From assembly GCF_009914755.1 (NCBI RefSeq), contig NC_060932.1: a stretch of 64,000 nucleotides of DNA; one strand, 5' to 3'. The stretch comes from the human T2T-CHM13v2.0 reference genome, Homo sapiens. Below, in pieces: positions 45,598 through 63,779 of this stretch. The notes under the pieces were generated by a model that did not search any database, was not told the DNA's origin, and saw nothing but the letters and a program-made list of their open reading frames with translations. How positions within the stretch are numbered: the first letter of the stretch is position 1; each line of letters begins with the position of its first letter. A program made the position numbers and the translations under genes.

Positions 45598-45806
45598 ATT
45601 AATAACAGCATTTGCTTGTTGGGTGGATTATCTGGCCTGAGTTCTATGCCAGCCTCTCTCTATGCATTATTTCATCTCTTTTCATAATGCTATAAGGTAG
45701 TTTCACAGGTAAAGAAAGTAACGTTAAACCTAGACCCAGGCACAGAAAGTGGCAGGGAAGAGAGGAGAGTCAAGATTGTGGGCCCTACAGCCCGTGCTCC
45801 TAATCA
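45598..45806 (-). mobile_element. MIR
   Basis: AATAACAGCATTT...ATGCATTATTTCAT...AAGGTAG...ACAGGTAAAGAAA core. Confidence 0.6.
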
Positions 45807-46139
45807 GTTCAGTTCACTGCCAAGGTACACAGTTCAAATTCAAAATCCCACTGAATGAAATGTGCATGTCAGTAATAATGCTAAAGTAAACAGTAAAAGG
45901 GGAGCACTGGACTTCTTTTGCCTGTGCAAAATGACTGAATTATGACAAACCTATGGTAAGATCTAACAAAAACAATTAGTTACTAATCCATAAAAAGGAA
46001 GTTTTATACTCACCTAATGTGTTTAAATGACCTCTGAGTTAATTCACTATATTTCAGATTGGAATACCATAATATACATACAATATAATATATATAATTT
46101 TGGAATTGGAATAGCATAATATGCCATGTTTTAAATAAT

Positions 46140-47170
46140 CATGCATTCATTAATCTTTTCACTACACGTGTTTTGAGTACTATTGAGCTGGAAGGTGGAC
46201 AGAATCATCTCTCCTCTAAGGAATTTATAGTTTAGTGAGGGAGATTGGAATAAATGAAGTAAATGTGCATTCATATACACAGAAACACACACGCGATTGT
46301 GCTTGTACTGAGCACGGGGTGCTAATGGTTGTAAAATGGAGGAATCGTAACTGGTTTTGTAGTGGGGGAAGCCTGAGGAAACAAATTTAATATAAAACCA
46401 GAAGGGAACTCAGGGTTATTCAATAAAAGGAAGGAGGTGGAGAAGAAAAGTGTCATATGGATAAGTCTCTGCTGATGGAAATATTTTAAAATTAAGAATT
46501 TTAAGAAATACTTGTGGCTAGATTATTTTAAGAAAAATTGTGGGTGAAGGGTGGGAGGAGGGATTTGTCAAGATGAAGCTAAGGCGTATCGGGAAAGACA
46601 TTTTTAGTCACATTGAGAAATCTGGGCATTACACAAAGCTGGCAGTGGGAAGCCACTGGATGACTTGCGAGCAGAGGGACCACAGGATCCAGTCTGCTTT
46701 TTATAGGGATCACTCTGAGTGTTGTGCAAATGCCTCTGTGGAGGAAATATGTTGTGTACAGAACTAGATTAGAGGCTCTTGGGGAGGTCGAGAGTTATAG
46801 AAATGGTGAGAAGTAGTCAGACTGGAAAATTTTAAAATTCACAGGGTTTTGTAACTGGTCATCTGGTTATAGAAATTAAGGTGTAAAAACTATTTTCAGG
46901 TTCTAATAAGAGACAAGGCTTGAATACCACTACCATTTTTTATCACTAAGAACAATGGAAAATAATTAAGTTTGGGAAAGAAGATCATAAATTCTGTTTG
47001 AGACACATGAATTTGGGTTCTAAAACCAGATGGATATATAAGTATGCAGATACACATACTTGAGTATGTGGGCCTGAAATTTAGAAAAAGGCTGTAGGGA
47101 GGGGTTAGTGTCACTTTGTAGTCACCAAAGTAGAAGTTTAGCAATTGAGTGAGGCAGGACATCATGCTGC
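46140..47170 (-). mobile_element. L2
   Basis: CATTCATT tail, GGGAAGCCACTGGA, GGGATCACTCTG and GGTGAGAAGT motifs. Confidence 0.7.
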
Positions 47171-47580
47171 CTAGGAAGAAATGGAGCTTATAGTGGGATT
47201 GATCTTTTAAACAGAAATCCTAAATTTGGAAAGATTCCCCCATAATGCGTTTGCCTCACAACATAAACCACTCCCGAATTTTCCATTGTCCCTTGCTGTC
47301 AGGTCACAAGCACACTATCTAGACTCAGCTAATCAAATGCACCCAGGTGGAAGCTCAGAAGTGAGCCACTGAGGAAACCTGTAGAGTTTGGATTTCTTTC
47401 CAATGACAGTGTCAGCCAAGCCTTCTGGCTTTCGTTGACAGAGCCAGATACAAGACTCACCTGCACTTGCAAATGCGGGTTTCTGATGTTGAAGTGGAAC
47501 TGGAGCTGGAAGCCACTCGTGAACACTGGCTACAAAAATTACCAGCCTTTTGCATAAAATAAATGGTGATTTGGTGACAC

Positions 47581-47803
47581 TTTCTTTCTTTCTCTGTCTC
47601 TCTGTTTTTTCTTTTCTTTCTTCTTTCTTTCTTTCTTTCTTTCCTTTCTCTTTCTTTCATTCGTTCATTTGTTCTTTCATTCTTTCTTTATCTTTCTTTC
47701 TCTCTTTCTTTCTCTCTCTCCTTCCTTCCTTCCCTCCCTCCCTCCCTCCCCTCCCTCCCTCCCTCCCTCCCTCCCTCCCTTCCTTCCTTCCTTCCTTCCT
47801 TCT
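47581..47803. repeat. Compound polypyrimidine microsatellite (CTTT)n/(CT)n/(CCCT)n/(CCTT)n
   Basis: About 220 nt, almost purely C/T on the + strand. Confidence 0.95.
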
Positions 47804-48060
47804 TGAGAGTTCCAAAGCAGAATGTTGAACATCATTCCTGGAAGCTTAGTCTTTAGTATGGTTCGTCAGCCATCCTGATGTTATCTATGAGCAACAAAGT
47901 GGCCTTCAGTAAACATCTTTCTGTATAAAGTATCCAGAGTAAAAGTGGCTGTTGGCAAGTAAGAAGTCTGACTTAAAAGAGACTATATCCCAAAGTAGAG
48001 TATACGTATAAATCTTCAACTTAAAGATGATGTTTCTAGAGGAATTCTGGCTGTGGGCAC

Positions 48061-48467
48061 TGACAAATATTCTCCTTAGTGAAACTTTAGGCTCTTTTTC
48101 AACCAGGTCAGATTCTTGGGCCTTGTCCTGATAGCAAGAATCTTGTTAAGTCACTTTAGCGGGAATGCCCACCCTTGATATCTGATGACATTGCTCAGCC
48201 TCCACCATCCCCCAGGTCACCCTGGTCTGCTGGCCTTCAGCAAGAATCCTATCAAGTTGGTTTAGCCAGATCCCCCTTGCCCCTCATATTTCTTCTTAGT
48301 AATTTTCCATCCCTTGGCCCCACCCTGCTCCACTCACTTTTTCTTGTCTTATTCAGAGTTGAGCCCAATCTCTTTCCCCTCCTACAAAACCTCGATGTAG
48401 TCATCCCCCTTGAATAATGTCGTTATTGATGTATTTAACAAATGTGAGAATATATTTTTCTTTAGCA
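48061..48467 (+). mobile_element. MER31 ERV1 solo LTR with 4-bp TSD
   Basis: TGACAAA...CAGCAAGAATCCT...GAGTTGAGCCCAATCTCT...TTTTTCTTTAGCA; TSD GCAC. Confidence 0.85.
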
Positions 48468-49179
48468 GCACTTGCCAAGTGTAATTGCAGAATGGGCATG
48501 AAAAAGGGCAGATGCTTACTAAATTTTTTGTGTTTGTTTTCTTAATGAGGAAACGGCACACATAATTCCAAAGGAACCATGGACTCTGAAGGCCCCAATA
48601 TGGTGCTTAATCCTCCACTGCTTATCAGTGGAGAGCAGAATCAGAGCATTCCTGATGATATGAGTAAGAAAACCATCCCAGTGTTAAGTCAGAGATTCCA
48701 CAGTGCATCTGCACACTAGGATTTGAAATTTGCTACAGACAATGCTTCCCTTTGTCCACTTTTCAGAATGAATGCTTTATGGCAATTACCTGTGTCCTTT
48801 CCTCTTTAGACAACTAGTGTGAAGAAGTGACAGATTTGATTCCATCACATCCAATACACTTTTAGGCTGTTTTGTGCCGTTAGCTTAATTCTTCTACCAG
48901 TTCCATGGAATTCCAGACTAAGAGAATATTTTTCTGATTCTCAACTCATGTTCCAAATTATTCTGCTATAATGGGTTAATTGCTCCAAACTTCAAAAGCT
49001 AAATTGTGAAAATTGGGTTGAAGCTTCTATTAGACTCAGTTCATCTCTGAAACCAAATCCTTTGCCAGTGAATGAGCTCACCTTCTCCAAGAGGGCTTTG
49101 AGAGCAAACTCCACAGCACTGCCATCTCAACAGCAAATTCCACGGGCTCAATGTTTAAAATAATTTCAGAATTGTCCCT

Positions 49180-50945
<1,766 letters not shown>

Positions 50946-52439
50946 TATGTACTGTACATTCAACATCTATGATCCATTTTGAGTTAATTACATAAAATAG
51001 GAACTTTAGGTTGAGGTTTATATTTTTGACTTTGGATGTCCATTTGCTCCACTAACCTTTGTTGAAGAGTCTTTCAGTAAGTTACTCTTGCACGTTTCTC
51101 AAAAATCAGGTGGCCTCACTTGCGTGTAACTATTTTTCAGTTTTTGATTCTGTTTCATTGATCTATGTGTCTATCCCTACACCAGGACCACTGTCTTGAT
51201 TACTGCAGCTATATAGTAAGCTTTGATTTCATTTTGAGCCATTCTTCCCATTTTTTTCTTCATTTTTAAGATTGTTTAGCTAATATAGGGCCTGTAACTT
51301 TCCATACAATTTTTTTAAATCCTTGCCAATGTCTACAAAAACCTTGTGGAAATTTGCATAATAATTACATTAAGCACATAATTCATTTGAGATAAATTGT
51401 TATCTTTACTAGGATAAGTCTTTTGATCATATAATAGGTATTTCTATTCATTTACACCTTATTTAGATTCTTTCGTCAGCATCCTATAATTTACAGCATA
51501 TAGATGCTGAATACTTTTTGGTTTAGTATTGTTTTTTGCTAAGTATTTTTTTTTAAGTATTAAGTATAAAATTTGTTAACTATACGGAAATATTTCATTT
51601 TTTTGAGCAATTGTAAATGGTACTGTTTTTAATTTTGGTTTCCTCACATTCATTGTTGGTATATAGAAATGTGGTTATTTTGTGTGTTGATATTCTTTTA
51701 TGTGACCTTCATGAGTTTTTGTGACCTAGCAGTATTTTCATTTTTGTTTGTTTGTTTCTGTACATTCCTTGAAATTTCTATGGATATAATTATGTCATCT
51801 GCAAATAGGGACAGCTTTATGTTTTATCTTCTTAATCTGTATGACTTTCATTTTTTAATTTTTACTTATTTCTTTTGCTAGTGCAGTGTCTACATTTTCT
51901 GGCATTATGTTGAAAATGACTGACAGGAACCGAAGTCCTTGCCTTGTTCCTTCTCCTAGGGGAAAGCACTCAATCTACACTATAAAGTATGATATTATCT
52001 GTAGGGTTTTTTCTACATGCATTTTATCAGTTGAAGTAATTCCCCTCTATTCTTAAATTGCTGGAATAATAATGGGTGCTGTATTTTGTCAAATGGCTTT
52101 TTATGCATCAATGGATACGACAATATGTTTTCTCTTCAGCTTATTGATAAGGGAGATTACATTGTTCAATTTAAGAATGGTGAATGGCCTTGCATATCTA
52201 GGTAAACCTGGCGATGGAGTATAATTATCTTTCTATATTTGTGGATCAGGCTTGCTAACACTTTGTTGAGGATTTTTTTCATCTATGTTCATGAGATATA
52301 TTGCTCTGTGACTTTCTTCTCTTGTGATGTCTTTGGGTCTGGTGATAAAGTCAGAGCAAAAATATCTTTACAAGATGAATTGAAAGTGTTTCTTCCTTCT
52401 CAGTCTTCTCAAAGATATCATATATAACTGGTGTTAATT

Positions 52440-52735
52440 TTTTTTAAAGAATCAGAATCTCACTCTGTCTCCCAGGCTGCAGTACAGTGGTGTGATCATA
52501 GCTCATTGCAGCCTTGGACTCCTGAGCTCAAGTTATCCTGCCACATCAGCCTCCTGAGTAGCTAAGACTACAGGTGCATACCGTCATATCTGGCTTTTTT
52601 GTTTGTGTGTATTTTTTTACAGATACAGGGTCCTGCTATGTTGCCCAGACTGGACTTGTTCTCCAGGCCTCAAATGATATCCCCACCTCAGGCTTCCAAA
52701 CATTGGGATTACAAGTGTAAGCAATAATACCCAGC
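52440..52735 (-). mobile_element. AluJo
   Basis: ATCATAGCTCA.TGCAGCCT and CTATGTTGCCCAG; TSD CTGGTGTTAATT. Confidence 0.9.
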
Positions 52736-54337
52736 TGGTGTTAATTCTTTAAATGTTTGGTAGGATTCTCCTGTTAAATCACTGGGGCCAGAAGATTGAG
52801 TGGAAGTTTTAAACTCTGAATTCAATCATTTGCTTGTAATAGAACTATTTAGATTATCTATTTTACTTAGGTTAATTTTGGTATTTTGTCTTTTTTTAAG
52901 GAATTGGTCTATTTCCTCTTAAATGTTGAATTTGTTGAGCATAAAGTTGTTTACAGTATTTCCTTATTATTAACATTAATGGCTGAAAGATATGTTGCAA
53001 CATCCCTTGTTTCATTTCTAATATTAGTGATTTGCATCTTAATCATTTTTCTCTGATTTGCTAGACAAATAATTTGCTAGAAACATTAGTTTTATTGCTA
53101 TTTAAAAATAATTTTGGTTTTATATATTTTCTCTGTAGTTTTTATATGTTTTAATTTCTTTAATTTCTGTTATTATTTTTTATTATTTCTCTTTGTTTTG
53201 CACTATTTTCCAATTTTTTGCAGTAGGAACTGTGAAGTAGGAGAGTTTGACCTTGTCTTTGTATTTAGTACTTAATGCTATAAATTTACCCCTCAACACT
53301 GCTTTAGTTGCATCCCACATAGTTTGATATATCATATTTTCATTTTCATTCAGTTCTATGTATTTTCTACAACCCTAGAGACTGTATCTGTGCCCCATGG
53401 ATTCCATAAATGTAAGCTGTTTACTTTCCATATGTTTACAGGTTTTCCTGATGATTTTTTGATTTCTTGCTTGATTTTATTATAGTCATACTTTAATAAA
53501 TTAGCTTATTTTAAATTTGTTGATATTTATTTTATGACTTAGGGATATGTCATATGTTAGTGAAAATTCCACATGGTCTTGGGAAAATGTGTTTTCATCT
53601 TTTTTGGGGGGGGCAGTGTCCTACATATTCCAGTTAGATCCTGTTGGTTTATTATATGGTTTAGATATTTTATATCTTTGGAGTTTCCATGTCTACTAGG
53701 TCAGCTATTGAGAGAGAAGTGTTAATAAACCAACTATAATGTGAATTCAGCTATTTTTTCAGCCATTGCAGATTTTTTTTTGTATTGTGAGATTCTTTTG
53801 TTGCATACATATTTTGTATATTCATCGTATAGTTTAATTTTGAATGCATTTTGCATGTATATTTTGCATATCCTCTCTACATTTTTTGTAGTAGTCCCTC
53901 TGGATGTTACAATGCATGTATATCAGCATTGTATACCACTTGAAGTAAAGTGTTGAAGCCTCATTTCCATTTAGGTCCATTTACCCTCCCAACTTTTAAG
54001 TATCATTGTCATAAGTATTAGATGTTATAATTTTTGCTCTAGTCAATAAATATGATTTACAGAAGTCAAGAGAAAAACTACAGGAACATAGAAATGTGTC
54101 CCCATATGTGTGCTCTATTTGCTGGTCTTTATTTCTTCCTCATGTTCCATACTTTTTTCTTTTACTATTTTCTTTGTGTTTGGCATTCTTCCTTAGCCCA
54201 TCTTTAGCAGTAGATTTGTTAGCAACAAAGTACTTCATTTTTTTCCCTTCTTCTTTTCTTAACTTCTGTTTCTGAAGCATAATTTTATGAGATGAAGATC
54301 CACTCTCACTAAAATTTGTTTTTCCCTAAATCCCCAG

Positions 54338-56445
<2,108 letters not shown>

Positions 56446-57501
56446 GTTAAATGAAATCTGTGTTTTCCTATAGGCAATGTGTCATTTGTCTTTGTTTTCT
56501 ATATTTTTATGGTCTTCTTTTTTAGAAGTTTAATGTGATGTGTTTAATTTTGAAAAACTTTCAGTTTTAGCCTAATATTCAGTATCTTTATGGTGCGCTT
56601 GATTTGTCTGCTGCTGCTCAACCTTCCATGGTTCTCTAATGATGCAACCTGAAAGGTGGAAGAGATTTCCCCAGAAAAGGGGAGGGGGAGGAGAATCTCA
56701 GGACTACAAAAATGAAAGGTCATCTTTTCATGAGGACTTGTGTTAGGTTCCCTGCCTGCAGGGGTTGGGAGTGCATGCTAAGCTAGGCAGTAGTGGGGCT
56801 CCCTTTGCCTATGTCACTTGGCGCTCCTAATATCTCTCAGTTGAGAGCAGAAAATCTCAGGCTGATGGAGAAATAGAGCCATTCTCCTACCTACTTCTGG
56901 TTAAAGGAACTCCGGATGGATCTTCCTGCCTGTGGACTTAGTTCATCTGGTGTTGTCAGAGGAACTCCCATTCCATCAAGAGAATGAGTTCAGCCTGCTG
57001 TTACCAGGTTGGATGTCAGGAAAACCCTGGTCTCAGTCATCTTGTTTTGCTGGATAAGGGGAAAGGAGAGGCACTGATACCTTACTATTCCTCTACTGGG
57101 CTCACAAGTGCATTCACCTTCCTCTACCAGCATTTAGAATTCTTTAGTTTCATCCTGTGTTTTTCCCAGGGTTTATAGTTTTATTTCACAAGAGGAGCCA
57201 GTTCATGCCATCTTGTTCAGACAGGATGTCTCCAACGTGGACTTTAGTTTGCATCTCTGTATTTCCTTTTCTTGTAATGATTTTATAGTTTGTCCTAATC
57301 ATCTTAGATCCTAATCTGGTGCCTTCTAACTGCAGCCTGTGCTTTCTTTCCACAGCCCTTTTCTCTGCTAAAGTCCTTTTTTTGCTTCTGAGTCCTCTCT
57401 TCCTTACTTCTTCTCAACAGTGACTCAGTGGATCACCCATTGCTCTTTGTCCAAAAAAAGCTTGTTTTTTTTTTTTTTAGCAAATGTTAAGAACAGATTG
57501 A

Positions 57502-58313
<812 letters not shown>

Positions 58314-59744
58314 CACATAACACTAGTTTTGCCTCTTCTTCTGTTGGTTTCCTCTACCTGCATTTCTTCTGGAGGTAACACCAGGGAAGCCAGGGTTCCA
58401 AACATTCACTCATTGGAGGGCTTACTTCTCAATCCTATTGTGTATCAAGGATAAAATGCTCAGTCTTAAATTCCTGAGTTTTCTTCTAGGTTCTTCTTGC
58501 TAATTGTTGCTGGGATTGTTGATATTATCTTATTTTTAGGAGATGAAGTCAGTAGAGCAACGTGGTGGGAAAATTGTGCTATGTTTCTCAGAGCATCTGC
58601 TTAGAGAAGGTTGTGTCCTATTTTGAATTGTTTTAAGATCTTGCAACTCTATGTCTGTAAAAATGATTTTAAGAACAGAGTCTTACTTTTTTAACTTTTT
58701 CTTAGGCAATGTCATGTCATAGTTTGAAGATGGGGATTTTCCATGAGTGAGAGCATGGATAGATTTTATTTCATACCATGCCAATTGTCTAATGATTAAT
58801 GTCTCTCCATCCCAGATACTGTCATTAGCTTATTCATCATTCTTCATTTACAGAACTAAGAGTTTTCATCTTTGCCATGGGCACAGTAATACAGAAACAA
58901 GTTAGAAAAGGTTTCTCTTATATCTATATGTAGATACATTTTGAATTCAACATTTTACTGATTTTATAGTTGTCTGTTTTAAAATTATACTAGCATGCAG
59001 TGTTCCATTCTGGATTTAAACAAAGGAAAGTCCATTCTCTTAACGATATAACATACTGTCTCATACTTGAGTGTATGAGTTTGGGATTTAAGTAGCAATA
59101 TCTTCTTCTTTTCTTCCTCTTCTATTTCAAATGTTGATTATGATAATTCCACTTTTACATCCTCTTTTTCTTTCATACTTTAAAAAAAGAGGAGATAGTC
59201 TACTGATTGAAACATAAACATAATGAGATATGTGGATTTGAAAGGTTTAATGTGGAGGTGGCATCCTCATGCTACTTTACTTGTTTTAGGTACTTTATGG
59301 TCATATTTCTAAGATGACCCTAAACCAACAACAAAAGAATTGGCATCTTTTTGCAAACGCTGAAGAAATTTCACTGTTTCAAATTTAGTCCATGATGATT
59401 TTTGTCTTTTACTTCTTCTTTTCTTCTTTTGAACACTACTTTCTGTTTTTTTCTCAAAGCAAGTATTTGACTACTGTCATGTGGCCAGCATAATTCTATG
59501 CGTTTGTATGACATATAAATATTAAGGATAAATTTTGTCCTGAGAAACTTAATACATGTTTATGTAGACAAAGCTAATACTTAAGCATATATTCAAAAAC
59601 TTTTTTGTTTTTTATGAAGAGTGCATTAGGGAAAAGATAACAGGAAGGTGAATTTGAGTAATGAAAAAAGTCATTAAAGTAGGGTAGAAATGAGCACACC
59701 CTCAAAGAATACATAGAATTTTATTTGTACATTAATTTCACATA

Positions 59745-59898
59745 TTTTTTGAAACAGAGTCTCTTTGAAACTGTTGCCCAGGCTGTAATGCAGTGATGTG
59801 ATCATGGCTCACTGCAGCCTCAACCTCCTGGGATGAAGTAATCCTCCCACCTCAGCCTCCTAAGTATCTGGGACTATGGGTCCATTTCACCATGCCCA

Positions 59899-59938
<40 letters not shown>

Positions 59939-60053
59939 GAGATGGAGTCTCACTATGTGCCTAGTCTGGTCTCAAACTCCTGGGCTGAAGTGATCCTTCC
60001 ACACTGGCCTCATAATGTGCTCTGATTACAGGCATGAGCCACCATGTCTAACC
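59745..60053 (-). mobile_element. AluJo with an (ATT)n middle linker
   Basis: ATCATGGCTCACTGCAGCCTCAACCTCCTGGG; linker replaced by ~13 ATT units. Confidence 0.9.
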
Positions 60054-60419
60054 CACATTTTCTTTTAAATACCAACTATTGAATTATTTGGCAGAGTCTA
60101 ACTGGTAAAGACTGAATATACAATGGTGAAAAACATAGTAGGGTCAAAGTTTTATAATGAAGACAACTATCTTAAAACATAAAATAGCACTGGGTCATTG
60201 CCATTTGACTGGGATCTATTGGCTGAATATGAACGAAACCATGCGTAGTAGCTTCCAGGTGAGTTAGCAGATGCCAAGCCTTTCTTAAAACCACTTTGCA
60301 CCTATTACAGCTGTAGGTATTTGAGACTACAATTCTTGTAGGTTCTGTGAAAGCATTATAAGACAAGCATATTCATTGCTTCTGAAGGTAAAACAAATCC
60401 TCACATTTGGAACTGTCAG

Positions 60420-60830
60420 TTGTGGATTTGGAGATGTGCTTCCGGGATCTTTTCTGATGAAATTTTCACCAGAGCTGCTAGAGGGTCTTCAGTGTTAGCC
60501 CTTTCAAAATTGTCTGAGCTGCAGAGAGGTGCTTTGTCCAGTAATAGCCATATGCCTTCCCACAGCAGGCTACATTCCATGACTGATGAATGCCAAAGTC
60601 TATAGGCCTGCACTTCTCACTCTATGGAGGCCACACCTACCTCTACAGCAACTTTGGGGGCTGTCTGACCTGTCCATGGGCCTGAATTTCAGCTATACTT
60701 CTGTCTCTGCCCAGCCCAGCTTCCTTCCTTCCCTTCCACAGGTTCTGATATCAAGGATATTCCTTAATAAACACCTTACCTGTTAAAATCCAACTCGGAG
60801 TGACTTCCTGGAGATCCTGGAGTTAAGAAG
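60420..60830 (+). mobile_element. LTR16-type ERVL LTR
   Basis: TCTGCCCAG...CTTCCTTCCCTTCCACAGGT...CCTTAATAAACA...CTTCCTGGAGA end. Confidence 0.7.
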
Positions 60831-61540
60831 GGCACAACGAGGGCCAAATGGAGGTCATAATACATTTCTAGACACAATGAGAGTGAGTTTTGTTTGTTTT
60901 GTTTTGTTTTAAGAAAATTCCACTGGTAGCCGTGTGCAAGGTGATTTGAGTAAGCAGGACATGGTTTCGTGAATAACAGATGGCAACCAACACGTATTAT
61001 GGAAACATGAGATAATGACTGGCTGAGTCATGGTAGAGGTAATCAACAGAAGGGGTCATGAAAAAAAATGCTTGGACTCTACTTCAAACAAAGGAAAGGG
61101 AAGATTTTTTAGAACTCTCTCAAAAATTCTACGCTAAGAAAAAAAACAAAAAACAAACTTGTTTCTCTTGACAGAATAATAACAAGAGAAGTCAAAACTG
61201 TGGATAACATAATAATTTCAATACATATATTCATGGGAGCCAGAGTATATGCTTGCAAGTATTTTACTTTCTTCAAAATATCTTATTTTTTCTTTCTTTT
61301 ATCTTAATCTCTCATTTTTTATTCTTCACTTTTAATTTAATCCTTTAAAACTGAAATTAAAATTTATTTATTTTACATGGACCTTTAATTTAAAATTTAG
61401 TTTACATGGACCTTTAATTTTTAGCTAATGATAAGCTTCCATTAATTTGAATTAATAATTTATTGTTTAAACATACTTTCAAGCATATATAATCAAAATG
61501 TTGTGAACAGTTAAAAGAAGTTTAAATATTATATTGATTA

Positions 61541-61690
61541 GTGTTTCTTAGTCGCATCAGAATCACTTGAGTTGCTTGGAGAACAAATGTTGATTTCTGC
61601 GTCCTACCTTTGTCATTAAACAAGTTACTCTAGGACCCATAGGATCCATATAAAGATGAGGAAAAAGTCTACCAGTCCTGAACACTGTCT
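61541..61690. mobile_element. MER5A fragment
   Basis: AGTGTTTCT...GCATCAGAATCAC...GAACACTG. Confidence 0.55.
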
Positions 61691-62518
61691 ACTGCTCATG
61701 TTCTAAGCTTCTAAGCTCTTCTTAAAGTGTAAGAAATAAATTTGCAAAGACCTATTATATTTAAATATGTTCTTTTTAAAACCAGTTAACTGGGAAACAA
61801 GGAGAACCTGAAAGTTAGTAGTAAGACCATTAGAAGCAATTGACTACGTAGGTGGGGAACAAATCAGTTATTAAATTAGAAAATACAGAAAAATAAGGGA
61901 GGAAAGACCTTTCAGCTTGAGAAATCTGTTATTGAGAAAACCTACTAATGTCTAAACTAAGGAAACTGGGTGATTATTCTGTTAAGAGAAACATGCATAA
62001 TCATATGTAGAGGGTTGTTTTCCTCCTCTTTTCCAAGAGTCTAATATAAAAATGGGCTCCTATTTGTAAATTTTAGAAAAGTTCAAAAAGCTTTGGTCTA
62101 AAAAATCAAAGATATAGAAGTCATGGCTATCAGAAATATTATAATATAAAACTAAAATGTATAAAAGAATGAAAAGAAGTTAAAGTCTCTTGGTTTATGG
62201 TTTTCAAATGCTGACTCCCCAAAATATCACCAAAACAATTTGTGGAAAGACAATTCTGAGCATAAAGTTCCAATAGCATCTCAGAGAGGGAAAGGTCAAC
62301 GTTGTGGTATTTATTAGGATTTTATAGTGTGGCTTAAGGTAGGTCTGCCAATGTAGGGGTGTGGTTAGGATTGGCGAACATAGCACAGAGAACACTTGAT
62401 GGGTTATTTAAGAGGTTCCTAAAATAAGCAGGAACATTATTGGCAATGCTTGTCTTCCCAGTAAAGTAATTCCTGGAATAGTAAAGTATGATTGATGAAG
62501 GCAGTGGAATAATAACTT

Positions 62519-63185
62519 TGTTACAGTAGGTAGCTAGTCAGTCATGAGCAGGTCAAGAGAGGACTCCTCATAAGCAGGAATGTCAGGCAACCATCAGGTG
62601 AGGGTCAGGCAGTTGTTACACTATTCCTCTAAAATAATAATTGGTGCAGGCAGGCCAGGGAAAGGCAGCCTCCTGATAGATAGAAAACACCTGAAACTGG
62701 TGATCAACAGCTTCCCAATAAGATCTCAAGAGCTGGGTGAGTGGGCTCAGGACTACGCTTTGAGAGACAAAATGGCAGAGTTTAACTGGTATATGACCTT
62801 CTAGGAACATTTGGCTGGTAAGGGAAGAACGCCTCAAGTGAGCAGGTGTACAGCTCCAGTTACACACTGCCTATGAAGCCCCTCCCAAGTACTAGCAGGC
62901 CACTGAGCATGTGGATAGCCCACCCCAAGGGAAGGAACAGGGGAGAAGGGACGCAAGCCACCAGAAGCATGCCAACATATAAAACCCTAAGTGACAGGTC
63001 CAATCATGCACTTGATCCCTCAGGTCGCCTACTAGCCCTCATCCAAGTATACTTTGCTTTCTTTCATTCCTGCTCTAAAGCTGCCTCAGTCTCTCCTTCT
63101 GCCTTATACCCATCAGTCGAATTCTTTCACTGGAGAAGGCAAGAATCAAGGTTGCTGCAGACCCATACACATTCACTGCTTAACT
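62519..63185 (+). mobile_element. MER50 ERV1 solo LTR
   Basis: TGTTACAGTAGGTAG...CATGAGCAGG start, TATAAAA box and GGTTGCTGCAGACCC end. Confidence 0.88.
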
Positions 63186-63779
63186 GCATCATGTTAATAC
63201 AGAAAAGACAATAAATTTTGTGGTTACAGATGTGTGTGGTTTTCAAGATACAGAAGAATTTTTATGCTCCAGAATATACCAAAAATTTAATAATGTACTC
63301 TATTGACAGGGCATGTTATGTATGTGATGAAAAGAATACTACAAATTAACTATTAAAGAGACAAGTGATCAAACTGAAATTTTTATCAATTAGGATTCAT
63401 TGTCAATTTAAGACTATACCCAAGACTATATTGAAATAGAGGTTACAGCCAAAGTAGAAGAAAGTTTTAGTAAGAAACAACATCTCTGGAGCAGTTTTCT
63501 TTCTTTCTTTCTTTCTTTCTTTTTTTCCTGATTGAAATATCTCCTTATTATGTAGGTTGGTTTTAACAGTGGTCAATTCTGTAGAAAGAAAGACCAATTA
63601 AATGAGAACAAAAAGAGTCTATTTGCTGAGAGCTTGCTGTAAAAAGGGAGTAAACCTTTTCACTTGCATTTGAAAGTCACTTAAGGCAGGTGGGGCAAGA
63701 AGGCTTTCTAGTGAGCAAAAGGGAAGGCCACAGGCATGCTGTGATTGCTGATGTATGAAAGATGAAGGCAGCTGACTAG

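Noticed and set aside
47457-47828. Lys/Arg/Glu-rich and Ser/Phe/Pro-rich ORFs
   Set aside because: Translation of the microsatellite.
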